From Raillietiella orientalis (lineage: Eukaryota): a stretch of DNA of 64,000 nucleotides. A model generated the notes under the pieces. It was not told the origin of the DNA. It did not search any database and saw only the letters and a list, made by a program, of their open reading frames with translations. The stretch is from the NCBI GenBank assembly GCA_036172245.1, contig JAYWIR010000019.1, positions 2,666,001 to 2,730,000 of the forward strand, written 5' to 3'. This document shows, piece after piece, positions 26,001 through 38,000 of this stretch (position 1 is its first letter; each line of letters opens with the position of its first letter). The translations under genes and the position numbers were made by a program.

Positions 26001-29000
26001 TGCGTGTTGCTACACGCCTTCTTTCTCCTCCCTCTCCTGTTGCGGCATAGGGAGATGGCGAGAGTCGCCGGCTCGCAGACCGTGGGTATCCGGGGTCCTC
26101 CCGCCCACCCGCCGTAGCAAGCACCTCTCCAATCTCCTGCACGGGAAGAGGGCATGGTGGTGGGACGCATTCTCAGCCACCGCTGCCTGTCGTCCAACCG
26201 TCATCCACGTGACCCGGGTCGTTTGAGGGCTACCTTGGAACGTCGAAATTTGGAGACATTCCATCGGCCCATCCGTTCCGGGAACAGAGTGGCCACCAAC
26301 CGACACCGGGACGGTGCTCTAGGGCGAGGAGGAGGCGGGGGAGTCAGACGGGGGGCCAGGGAATGAAAACAGGAAGAGGAAGGGAGGAAGAGAACGAAGG
26401 GAGAAGGAGGAGGAAAAGAGGAGGAAGAGAAAGGAAGAAAGGGTGAAGAAAAGGAAGGGAGCAAGAAGAAGAGAGGAGGGAGGGAGAAGGAGGAAGAGGA
26501 AGAGAAGGAAGGAAAGGGGGAGGAGAGGAAAGAAAGTCGCATGGCAGCAACGCAGCTCTGGACGTTCGAGTGCGCCCCATCTCTTCCAGGATGCTGCCCC
26601 TCTCAAAGGTCCGACGTTCCCGGGATGTGCAGGGCGAGCGACGTTGGACCGGCCCGCCTCTTCGGCTTCGTGGCGCGTGCGTGGGGGGGACCGCCATAGC
26701 AGCTTGCGAGAGGCGCCCTCTAAAAATGCGGCGCGTTGGGGAGAAGCGGGAGAGGCGGCGGGAAAAATGGCGGGGAGTGTCCCCCTTCCCTGAGTCTATC
26801 CTCATTCGCCAGTTCCTCATTCCCACCCTTCTCTGCCCTTGCTCGACAAGGACGCAAACGGCGCAGCTTCTCGCGCCGTGCTGGACATCTACCTTTCCCG
26901 TCCTTGACGACGCACTGCGCGTGTTCCGCCCTCAAGTCGAAGGAGGCCTCGGAGGACGCGTCTTCCTCGCGTCTGGAGCGGCAGGTGAACGTGTTGAGGT
27001 CCGTTTGGAAGAGGCACCCGTCCAGGGCTATCTCGCAGCCCACATCGCCCTCGGCTTTCACCGTGATGCCCTGGAATCGCAAGGTGGCCTCAGGGACGCT
27101 CCCGTAGAGGTGCAGCTCTGGGAAGCAACGGGGGTCGGTGGTGGCTCGGAGGGACCCCTCCGGAGAGGTAGCGCCTGCGTAGGCAAAAGAAGGGAGCCGT
27201 CAGCGGCCAGAGGTGCAACAAATAGACGGGTGCTTGGCAGTTCGTCGTTTTTTTTTTTTTGCATCTCGAGAGGGGAGGAGGAAGGGAATGGAAGGTTTCC
27301 CAGTTCCGCCTCGCCTCCTTAGCTCACCCTACCCCTATCGGGATGCCGACCGACAGGAGAAAGATCGTTTCTTCGCTGCAAGGACCCGGACGCGGCTGCT
27401 GGTGCATCAGCTTCCAGCTGGGTGGCTGGCGGAGGCGGCTCAAGAAGGGAAGAGAAGCAGGTCAGTGCAGGTCGCTCAGCCCGAGAGGGGATGCGACCTT
27501 GCCCGACGGCGATGATGAGGCTGCCTAGTGCACCATTGGCGCTTCCGCCCACCAATCCGAAGGGTCGCGTCTCCCCTTCGCAGGCGCGGGCGTCTCGCGC
27601 TGCTTCCGCATGGGCGCGCTCCTACCTGAGGCAGTCTGACCTCGAACGCGTGACCCTCGTCGAGGATGGCCACGGTGGCGTACGACTCGTGCTCGAACAC
27701 GATCGACTGTGTGCATCTGTGGCAGGCTCCTCCCGTTGGACGGTCCAGGAATTCGAAGTGACGGTTCTCTTCCTCCCCCTTCTCTTCCGCTCCGTCAACC
27801 TCTCCTCCGGGGACGCCGCCACGTGGCTCTGTGCGTCGCCGCACCTCTGCAGCGAGAGAAAGCGTCAGGCGAGCTGGAGGGAGAGAGAGGGAGGAAATAG
27901 CTTGCAGAGCGGCAGCGTGGAGAGAGGGATCCCGATGGCCGGTGGTGGCGTCGACATCCCTCTCCGCTCCTGGGCGCATCGACTGCCCGGGGATGATTCC
28001 CGTCCGGCCGTAGGTGGGACTGGTGGTCAGGGGAAGGAGCGGCGTTGCCCACCTTGCATAAGGCCATCCACTGTCCCGGAGGAGTCTGGTCCTGAGATGC
28101 CCACGGGCCAGGAGGTGCAGCGCAGACGAGGGGTGAACTGGGTGACCAGGGAGTTGTCCTGCAGCACCTGCTCCACCCCATCTTCTCTGTACAGGAACAC
28201 CTGACGGGAGGGAAAGGAAGGGGAAAGCTCCTTCCTGAGGACGAAGCGCTTCCCGGAATCGCCTCCGACTGCCTCGAGCCAGAGGTCGGGCGGAACGCCG
28301 GTTTCTTTCCTTCCCTTTCATACCTTTTCGGTGGCGAAGTCCACGGCGGAGTTAATCCACATCCGGGGTAGCTCCCACCTTTTTCCCGCCTCCAGGAGGA
28401 ACCTGGAGCCGTCGTGAGTCGTGACGTCGTAGGCGAGCGGGGGCGGGGAGACCCCTGCCTCGGTCTGCCCGGATATCCCTTCGTTCCTGTTGCGCGCCGT
28501 GTCCTTCGCCTGGAGGGTGGCTCCCGGCCCTCCCCTCCCTGAGACCTCCTTCTCCCCTTCCTCTGCCCTACGGCAGAAGCGGCGACGGTGGCGGTGGCGA
28601 GTGGGAAGCAAGAAGGGAAGGGGGAAAAGAAGGCAGGTGCACGCGTGGGCTGGGGGGAGGAGGAAAATGGAGGCGTCCACACTCACGTGGCAAGAGGCGG
28701 CCCGCAGGCCCCCGCGGGTCTGCAGGCAGTGACGTCACCCAGAGGGGAGTAGACGACCATCTGTCCATCACTGTCGATCTGGATGCATTTCCCATTGGGT
28801 AAAAAATACATGCGCGGCTTCTCCTCTTCCTCTTCCCGGCCTACTTGCCGGGTGCTGCTGCCACCGGCGCCGCTACCTGCGCACCGCCGAGGAGAGGGTG
28901 CGGTGGTGCGTGTTGCGCTCGCTGCCTACCCGTGAGCTCCCCCACGTGGAACTGCCGCACGAAGAGTCCCTGGCGGCAGAGCCTGAGGTCCCTGGCGAGC

Positions 29001-32000
29001 TGCACGACCAGCCCTGAGGGCAGAGTGACCGCCAGCTGCCAGTCCCGTGGGTCAGTGCTTCCCCCCTTGCCGGCCTCGTCCCGGGAGAGCGAGGAGTCGT
29101 GCTGCTGCCTCCTCTTGCCGTCCTTTCTGCTGCTCCTCCCCCCTCCCCTGGGGGACGAGGGGGAGGAAGGCGAAGGAGGTGGTCGCGGCCGGGAGGACCG
29201 GGGCCGCTTGGGGTCCGGCTCTTCGACGGCGAAGGGGCGGGCGTCCCCCCTGGAGAGGCTCGCCCGGGCCCCATTCCTCAGCTCGAGCGAGAGGAATAGC
29301 CGGGGGGTCAAGGTAGGGGCTTTTTTCTCCGTGTCTGGAAGCAGGGGCAGGGGCCCTTCCTCCTCTCCCTCCTTGGCCGCGTTCCCCGCGGACTGCTGGA
29401 GGGAGACGAGGTTGCCATCCTTCTGGTAGAGGATGGCCGCGACCACCCTGCCCGCGGAGTCGGTGACCCGCCCGTAGCGCAGGTGGCTCCCGTCCTGCGG
29501 GAACTCGCTTAGCTCTCGGCCGCGGAAGTGGAGGATGCGGCCGCCCACGTCGAAGCCGTGGAGCTGACGGAGAAAAGGGTTGGCAGAGGAGGAAGAAGAG
29601 GACCTACCTTTCGGGCTGCATTTCCCTTTCCCCATGCGCCCGGAACAGCGGCTGCTCCTGCTGCTGCCGGACCGTGGTCTTCCACGCTTGCCTGCGCCTT
29701 CTGGAGCGATGACTTGACGCCTCTCTGGGTTGCCTTGGTTTCCAAAGGGAACGGCGAGAAGAGCAGGGTGTGCCGCTGTCAGTGGAAGCTGCACGCGGCT
29801 GCCGCTTCGCCCGCGCTCTCTCGCCGGAGGGCGGGGTGGCCCCACCCAAGTACGCCGAGAGAAAAGGGCAGGGGAGGGGGGGAAGCGCTGTCCGAGTGGA
29901 GGTGAGGAAAGAGGGGGTGGGGTGGATGGGAGGTGAAACGCGCAGGCGCCTCTCGAACTGGTCGACACGCGGTCCGCGCCGGTCTGGCACGTCCACTGCC
30001 CTCACGGCAGAGCTGCGAGGAGCAGGAAGGGGAAGGGGTGAAAGAGAAGTCCGCTGAGCGCGCCCGGGCAGCCTTCCCTGGATACGTGCACCCACACCTT
30101 TGCGGGGGTCTCTCTCGGCGTGGGGAGGCACTCGCGCCGTCTCGACTGCGAGTGATCTCCTTGGGACCCATGCGGCTTCCAAGCTTGGCATCTCCTTGCG
30201 AGTGGCTCCCTTGCCATCAGGACTGGCGTGGGGGAGGCTGCAGGCCTATCTCCGGACAGTTTCGCGGCCGGGATCCGGGACGCGTGCGTCCCGCTCGCTC
30301 CTTCTCGTGGAGTTGCGCACTCCCGTCTTTCCTTCTTCCTTTTTTCCGACCCAGAATCTCCCCTCCGATGCCTGCTCAGGGACCCGAGCGCCCCCTTTCT
30401 GCTCGTGACCTCGGTGTCCGTCCGTCCCCCTGGCCATCTCTAGCTGACAACCGGGCGCCATCGCTCCTTTTGCGCACGGGGTCATCGTCATCGATCCGCT
30501 CACCATTCCTCAGCAGGCCCGACGACCACGCTTGACGTCCGGCACAGTGCGTGTAACCCTTCCTCCTCCACCTCACGCCCACGTCGCCCCGAATCCTCCA
30601 GGGTGCAGCTCGGAGAGAGTGCGGGCAATCCCTCTTCTTCCCTCTCCTCGGAGTGGGCGGGCTCGGGACACGCGCACGCAGGGGCGAGCGCCAAGGAAAC
30701 CGGAAGCGCGCGCACGTCCCGTCCGGGCGCGGAATCAACACTGGACATGGATGGGGTGCGCACCCCTTCAAGCTCCCATGGACCGGCCCAGAGGCCGATT
30801 TTTGCCGTTTTTCTTTTTCTTCTGTCTTCGTTCTTACTCGGGGCGTGCTCCTTCCAGGTCACCCCCTTCTTCAGCGCTTCAGGGCGACCATCAGGAGGAA
30901 TTCAGCGCATCTTCGCCATCGTCGTGATCTCCAAAGTGATAGTCATCTTCATCTTCATCGTCAGTGCAATCATCGTCATTGTCGTCATCGCCATCATCAT
31001 CATCGTCAGCGTCGTCAGCGTCCCTGCCATCGTAATGATTACCGTCATCGTCGTGGTTACTAAAGCGATCGTCGACGTCGTCATCGTCGTTGCAATCATC
31101 GTCAGCGTTCATTATCGGCATCGTCAGCATCAGCTTCGTATCATCATCATCATCACCGCCACTATCACTATCTTCATGATCGTTATCATCGTCACCCTCC
31201 GTCATCTTGGCAGCCATCCCACTGAGTGAGACTCGAAAGGCCGCCGCCGTAAAGGGGGACTGGGGTGAAATTCCCTGGTGCGCCGCCGGAACTTCCAGAG
31301 AGCGGAGGTCGTCCACCGTGGATGCTCCACCGCATCCGTGCGGCAAGAGGTTGCGCTCGCGTTCCGAAAGACTGCGCCCGCCGTCTGGCGCCCGTTCCCG
31401 CCATCCTCTTCCTCCCTTCTTCCCTCTCTGGAGTGCGCGCGCTTCCCGACTTGGATCGCACGTTTCAGCAGCGGACGCGTTGCCACTTCTCCCGCCTCAG
31501 TCATTCCAGGAATCCGCGGAATCTCGCGCGACACGCTCCCTCCGTTCTCCTTTCCCCTTGGCACCCCGCCGATTTCCCATCTTTGGGTCTTCCAGGTCAG
31601 GGCGTCCGAGTCAGAGTCGTGGGATAAATACATCTCCTGCACCACTTGGCAGAGGCACCTTGGCACCGAGCCCAGAGGGAGGGTCGGGAGGGAATCCAGA
31701 GCGCCTCCCCAGCCGGGAAGCTTCCCCGCTTGTTGCTAAGCTCTTGTTTGCTCTCGGTCCGAGGGACGCGCGCGTGCGAGCCTTGCCTGTCCAAAGTGGG
31801 TAAGGGGGTGGGGGTAAGAGTGAGGGGAACCGCCCTGCCTGTATGCCTGCGGAGGGACCCGCGTATGCGCCTGACCTCGCTGACCTTGCCCGGCGTCCTC
31901 TTGCTGTGGGTCTCGACGCCGCCCGGATCCTCCTCAGCTGCTTGCGCGCCGTCGGCCGCCCAGGGAAGGCTCTCCTCTTTCAGCTTGTGTTTGATGGAGC

Positions 32001-35000
32001 CTGGCATCAGCAGCTCTTCCTGAGAGCGGAAAAGAGGAGAGGCAAAGGGCAGCAACGGCCTGCTCCCCCCGGCACTTCCCGCAGGATCAGCAAGGGGGGC
32101 TGCCGCATGACCGGGCGACGGGAGTGAGGGCGCTCTGGAGAGCAGGCTGCCCCCAAAGGGAGGAGAGACAAAAAAGAGGGCGGTTTAGACTTTCGCAGAC
32201 CCTTCTCCTCCGTGGATGGTGCGGCAACCGTGCGGTGAGGGAAGATGGGGAGGCAGAATGTTGACAAGGGGAGGAGCCGCAAGATGACCGTGGGTCGGCG
32301 CGCTTGGTCGGCGCTCGCGCGCACGTGCGCGGGACGCAAGACGTGCGATGACAGAGTGCTTAGCAACGTCAAGGAAAGGACAGAGGAGGTGGTCGTAAGA
32401 GTGGATCCTCAGGTCCCTGGCGACGCACGTCGGTCAAGCGCCAGAGACGGCGTCTTCCAAATACACGCACTGCTTCTCTTCCAAAGAAAGCAAAAAAAAA
32501 AAGAAGGGAGAGGGACGTGCTCGGTTCATCCACTTGGAGCGCCGCTTCGTGCCAAATGGGCCCGTATGGAAAGACGCTGCTGCTACGGTGGCCCCGGGCG
32601 GCGGCCGTTTAGACGAGGGCTGGAAAGGATTTGGCAGCACTGCTCGGCAGCTGCTGCTGCTCCTTCTAGCGGAGTCGTGAACGGAAGGGGAGGAGAGAGA
32701 GAGATCGAGACAGAGAAGGAGGGAGGGAGGAGGGAGGGATCGTCCGAGGAAAGTCCCCGCGCGCCACCACCTGCCGTCGGGACGGAACGCGCAGCTCTTC
32801 GTCGTCACCGTTCGGACGGGATGCGCCTGCACCATGGAGGAGAAAACAATCCCGGACGGAGAAACTGCGGCAACCGGTGGCGGGCAGGTAGGTTGGGCTG
32901 AGCACCTACTTCCTCCGGGTCTCTTCTGCTCTCCTCGTGGGCGCTCCTGCTCGTCTCTCGGGGTTTCTCCGATGTCTGGTCGAGATCCGGTCCGCTTCTT
33001 GACTGCCCGACTTGCTGACCTGTGTCGGATGCGAGATGACACCATCGCAATCGGGATTTTGAGTGTCCCTCTACTCCCTCCCCCCCACACACGGGGACGG
33101 TAAGGAAGACTCACTCAGGTCATTCAGGAATTCCCTGAAGGTCACCTCGGAGAGGATCCTTCCCTCCCACGTCCTGGAGTTGAAGAGGTACCGGTTGACG
33201 GGATTCTGGAGACTGAGCAGGTGGACGTCGGAGTCCTTCCTACGATATGACACCGACAGCGGGTGGGTCAGCTGAGCGTCGAGCAGGATCTAGGGGCGGT
33301 TCGGTGCTCCCCTCGGATCGGCCCTCCGGCGCTCACCTGGCCCAAGAAGGGCCACCGGAAGCTCTCCGAGTAGCGCCACTCTTCCAGGTCGTACCTTCGG
33401 GTTCGGCGAACACTCCCGGAGAGTGACTCGCCCCGGGGGAGCGGGGTCTCTCTCAGGTCCGCACTGCTCACGTAATAGGGATACGACCTCTTCCTCAGCT
33501 GCTTCGCCACTCGGAGCCGCAGCGTCTTCAGGAACGAGGAGATGGTCTGCACTCCCCTCGCGGAAAACCGGACGATGCATGTTTTTCTTCCCGAAGGATC
33601 CTCGCCGCTCCCGCTTTCCTCGGGCGAGCGCCTTCTCTCCGGAGGCGCTTGGCCAGAGTCCACGCCGTGGTCCGCGGACGCTTCCAAGTGATAGGATTCT
33701 GGGAAGGCGAGGTCATCTCAGGCAACGAGACGCGACGGGGGGAGGGACTGGTCACCTAGGGCCGCCTGGAATTCCGGGCAAGGGATCGCGTACGGGTAGT
33801 CCCAGAAGATGTCCCGGTTGCCCTCCAGGAAGACTTCCCCCGTGGGTGCGGCAGAGTAGTGAGGCAGCATTTCCAGGGACAGCAGGTCCAGGAAATGGGA
33901 GATCTCTGCAACGTACCACCCCAGGAATTCTCGGAGCGCGCGCAGCCGCCACTCCGAGCTCCCCCCGCGGTCGTCGTCTCAGCCTCGTGCGCTTGCGTGA
34001 GCGCCCCTCGTCGCACGCGCGCGTCCTTCGCTTTCAGCCGCCCACATTGACTCGTCACCCCCCTGCTGAAGGCATACCGCGTGCGACGACCCTTTTCGTG
34101 GCGGCCCGTCCCCGCTGCTCAACGTGTTCTGCCTCCTAGGCGCACGGCGCTGCTTCCACCTTGTTCCCCGAGGGCGGTTTCCCGGCAGAGCATGCAGACC
34201 AAGTTCTTCCGGCACGTGTGGACGCAGCAGTCTTCGCCCGCGCTCTGGTTCGGCCCGATGACGCCGTCAATGAGGAGGAGCATCATGTGGTCATGCAGGC
34301 AACCGATCTCCTGAGGCGAGAGATCTGGAAAGGAAAAGGGGAGGGAAGCGAACGGGGGAGACGACCGACGCGCGGGCTGCCGCCGTTTCAGCAGCCATCA
34401 GTACGCTCCTGAAGCCACCAGAGGGCTATTCGGCAACCTCTGGCCAGGATGGCTGCACTGCAGAGGAAAAAAAACTCCTGGGAAGAGATCGGCGAGAGAG
34501 CAGCGCTCGTGCCTTCTCGATGTGGCCCTCCGTTTCTTCTTTTCGTTCGCCTCCTTGGGGGAGTGGAGGCTCAGAGAGTTCTTTGACACCATCGTCCGCG
34601 CCACCCCCCGAGGGTGCGTGTAACTCTCATTCAAGTTATAGGGAACCCCGGGAGGGACCTTCCTATGAATCCAGGAAGGGATCCGGAGGAAGTAGTCCGT
34701 TCCTCTTACGCCTGGTAGAGGAAACCCGAAAGGAACCCTCGCCCTCATTCTCTCCAGAGAGACTGCCCGGAAAAGGCCACTCCAATATTTCTTCTTCGAA
34801 GAGAACCCGAAAGAACCCTATCCTCGAATTCCTTTTCTGCAGGACACTCCATTATTTCTTCGGGGTCCTCTGAAGAGAACCCCGAAGGGATGCTTTTCAG
34901 TTTCCCTGAAGGGCGCTCCTCGAAGGAAGAAGAGAGCTTCTTTGGACTCGAGAGAGGTCTCAACCAGTTCCATGGTGCGAAATGGAGGGCCCCTTCTCCC

Positions 35001-38000
35001 GAGAAGGGGGGTGGGGGACGGCTCCATTTTCACAACCGGAGGGGAACCCGAAGGGCTCCTTGATTCCTGGAAGGATCCCGGGGAGTCTTCTTTCGAACCC
35101 GGCCAATCAAGGGGGGCATCTGGATTCCGTCAGCGCCGCACCAGGAGCCAACCAAGGTCAAGCAGCGTCATTCTACAGGGGGAACCCGAAACTCGCGACG
35201 CACCCCCCGTTCTCGGCGTCGGTCCTCCACGTGGGATTAAACCCGCGACGCTCGGTGCCACGCCTTGCAGAGGAGACCGCGGCAGCAAGGCCGCCATCGC
35301 GGGCATTCCGTTTCAGAGCATGTGGCGCGCGCGCGCGCGCCATCCGGACGGATTTGCCCGCTCCGAGAACGTCTCAGTGCGTTTCGGGAGGAGACTCTCC
35401 CGAGTGGTTCTCTTGAACGCGTTTTGGAGAATTCCCGATGCCTCGGACGAACGTCTTCTGGGAATGCGCATTCCCAGAGTCTGTCCCTAGGACGATGCAG
35501 CCTCAGACGACCCCGAAACGGGGACTCCCCTTAGTGCTCTTGGAACCCGTCCGGAAAGGTTGGGTTTATTCTGAAGATGCAGCACGAGGTGCGCCATTCT
35601 TGGAAGCGATGGTTTGGCAGTAGCGTTTCTTCCCTAGTGCAATTTCAGCGTCCTCCTAGATGCCCGAGACAATCAAAGACCTTGGAACCGGGGTGAAGAC
35701 GCACATTGGACCCTCTTCCTCGTATAGCAAACGTGGCAGCTGCGGGTGCATTTCGGATTTCGGGGTGCGGTGCATGTAGTTCAGCCCCTCCAAATGAACG
35801 CACGCACGCACTCAATTAGCTCGAGTGCTCGCACTACGGAATATGCTAACGATTCTATAACGAACTCTATGACGGACGCATACATGCCCTTTCGATATGC
35901 TCTGTAAGTGCCGCCGCATCGTTCACGTGGAACCCATGGGACTCGTACAACGCGTTCCCCGCGTTATACGGATCGCTACTGAACAGCGAAGGCGCACACG
36001 CTACTGGCCAGCGGGTTGGAGTAGAGTCATGCTCGCGCACGGGTCAGATTCGAGAACAGGTTCCGCTGATACTGACCACAGGTTGATCCCTAGGAGGAGG
36101 AAAGAGAGGTCAAAAACGCATATGAAGTTTCGAAGCTCCTGGGAGAGTTTACCAGGAAGGGGAGAAAGTAGTGGTGCGCGCGTGATGGGGTCAATTCGGC
36201 GCCAGTTGCATGCGAGATGGCTGCGTGAGCCGACTGAAGACAAGCGGGGGCGTTCCCTGCACCGCCATCCGCCGTGCGATGGTTAGAAGGAAGCTGCTCG
36301 TCTTGCGAGGAATCCGCACGCGGCAGCATCGTCAGGGAGCGTCGCCGGGGCGGGAGATTTCAAGAATTTGACCGCGGGCCGCATGAGTTTCTTTGCAATG
36401 TCGCCAAGGGGCGAGGATCTTCACGAAAGTCAGCTGTTTTTTTTGTTTTTTTTTTCCTTCTGAAAAATTCTCGCTGCGGTCGTGTGCGTGGGACGATGAC
36501 GTAAACACCGGAGAGAGCGCAACGCCGACACGGTCACCATCGGCTCCAAAACTCGAGCGGCTGCAAACATGTCTTCCCGACTCTGCTCGGAAATTCGAGT
36601 CCTCCGGTTTGGGGTGAGCGAAAGACGAAGCAGAAGGCATGCGCTGAGCATCGTCCCTCCGGCCTCCCGGGAGATTCGCGAAACGCCGCGTAGGCTCTGT
36701 CCGCCCCCCCATCCCCCCCGTAGGCCGGCAAAGCAATCGTCAGGTCTCACGCACATCGGAAGGATCCTCTGCGCCTGGGCCTGCAGGAGCCCCCGGCGCC
36801 TCCACGGTCCTGCGACTCCGGGAAACGCTGCTTCCGGAAGCTCATGGCCGTTCCGGCGTCTTCCGGGGCTTCGCCTTCCGACGGCTCGCAGGAGAAGACC
36901 GCTGCGCTCGGATCGTCTTCGTAAACGACCTGAAAAAGAGAGGGTCATCCTGTCAGTCGTGTCTGCGGGAAGCAGTCGCCGCTTTTTGGGCTGGAAAATC
37001 TCGCCCTGTCGGCCGAATCTCGTGCTGTCCGCCCGTCTTGGAACTTCCCCCAAAGTCTACCCCTCTCCGCCGTTTGCCTGCGCCGTAGAGCTTCGACCAA
37101 CGGCGCTGTGTCTGCAGGGGGTTCGTTTACCTCCCTCCCCGGATCGCGAGGCGCGGGTTCCTTCCGATGATGACGGCGGAATCACTGCATTAAGGTTGAT
37201 GATGGTGATGATGGTGGTGGTAATGACGACGGTAATGACGGTGATGATGCACTGATGGTGGTGGTGGTGACAGTGATGATGATGACGATGATGGTGGTGG
37301 TGATGGGAGTGATTATGATGATGGTAGTGATTTGATGATGATGTTGACAGTGGTGGTAGTGATAAGAGGATGATTCTGGTGGTAGTGGTGGTGGTGGTGG
37401 TGATGGTAATGATGTGATGGTGATGATGGCGATGACGATGATGATGGTGGTGATGATGATGCAACGATGATGCTGGTGGCAATGTTAATGAGGTGATGGT
37501 AGTGATGGTGGTGGTGAGCGCGATCGTGATGGACCGAAAGAAGATACTCAAAGATACTCAACGTGCTTTCTTTGTTGAGCACAGAGCTCTTCCCAGCGCG
37601 CTCTTCAGTCGCAGCTCATTTCATTAGGCTGCACGGCCTTTCCGTCCACCATCATCAACCTGACTTCACAAACCTTGACATCACCAACCTACCACCGTCA
37701 TCACTGGAATTTGAATTCCATACGAGCAGAACTGTTCCAGACACCACCGCCATTTTGTTAAATGGTGATGGTGACGGTGACATTCTCCGTCCGAAGAGAT
37801 AGCGTGCTTTCTGTGCTCCGCACGTCTGTTGAGCACAGAGCCTTCCCAGCGCGCTCTTCAGCCGCCGCTCATTAGACTGGGCTGCAATGCCCTTCCGGCC
37901 ACCTCCTTCACAGTTCCGCGTATGCAGACCGATGCGACGCCGGAGAAGGAAGAACGGAGAGGTCCCTTTTTGCCTAGAATCGGGGAGAGAGACTGCTCCC

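Noticed and set aside
30603..31346. Poly-Asp ORF (-) and hydrophobic Ile/Val 'membrane' ORF (+)
   Set aside because: Both are translations of the (CAT)n microsatellite; the same applies to the His/Thr ORFs at 37.1-37.6 kb and the Glu/Arg ORFs at 21.4-21.9 kb.
34870..34905. Hammerhead-like CTGAAGA followed by a stem
   Set aside because: No GAAA after the putative stem II, so the core is incomplete.
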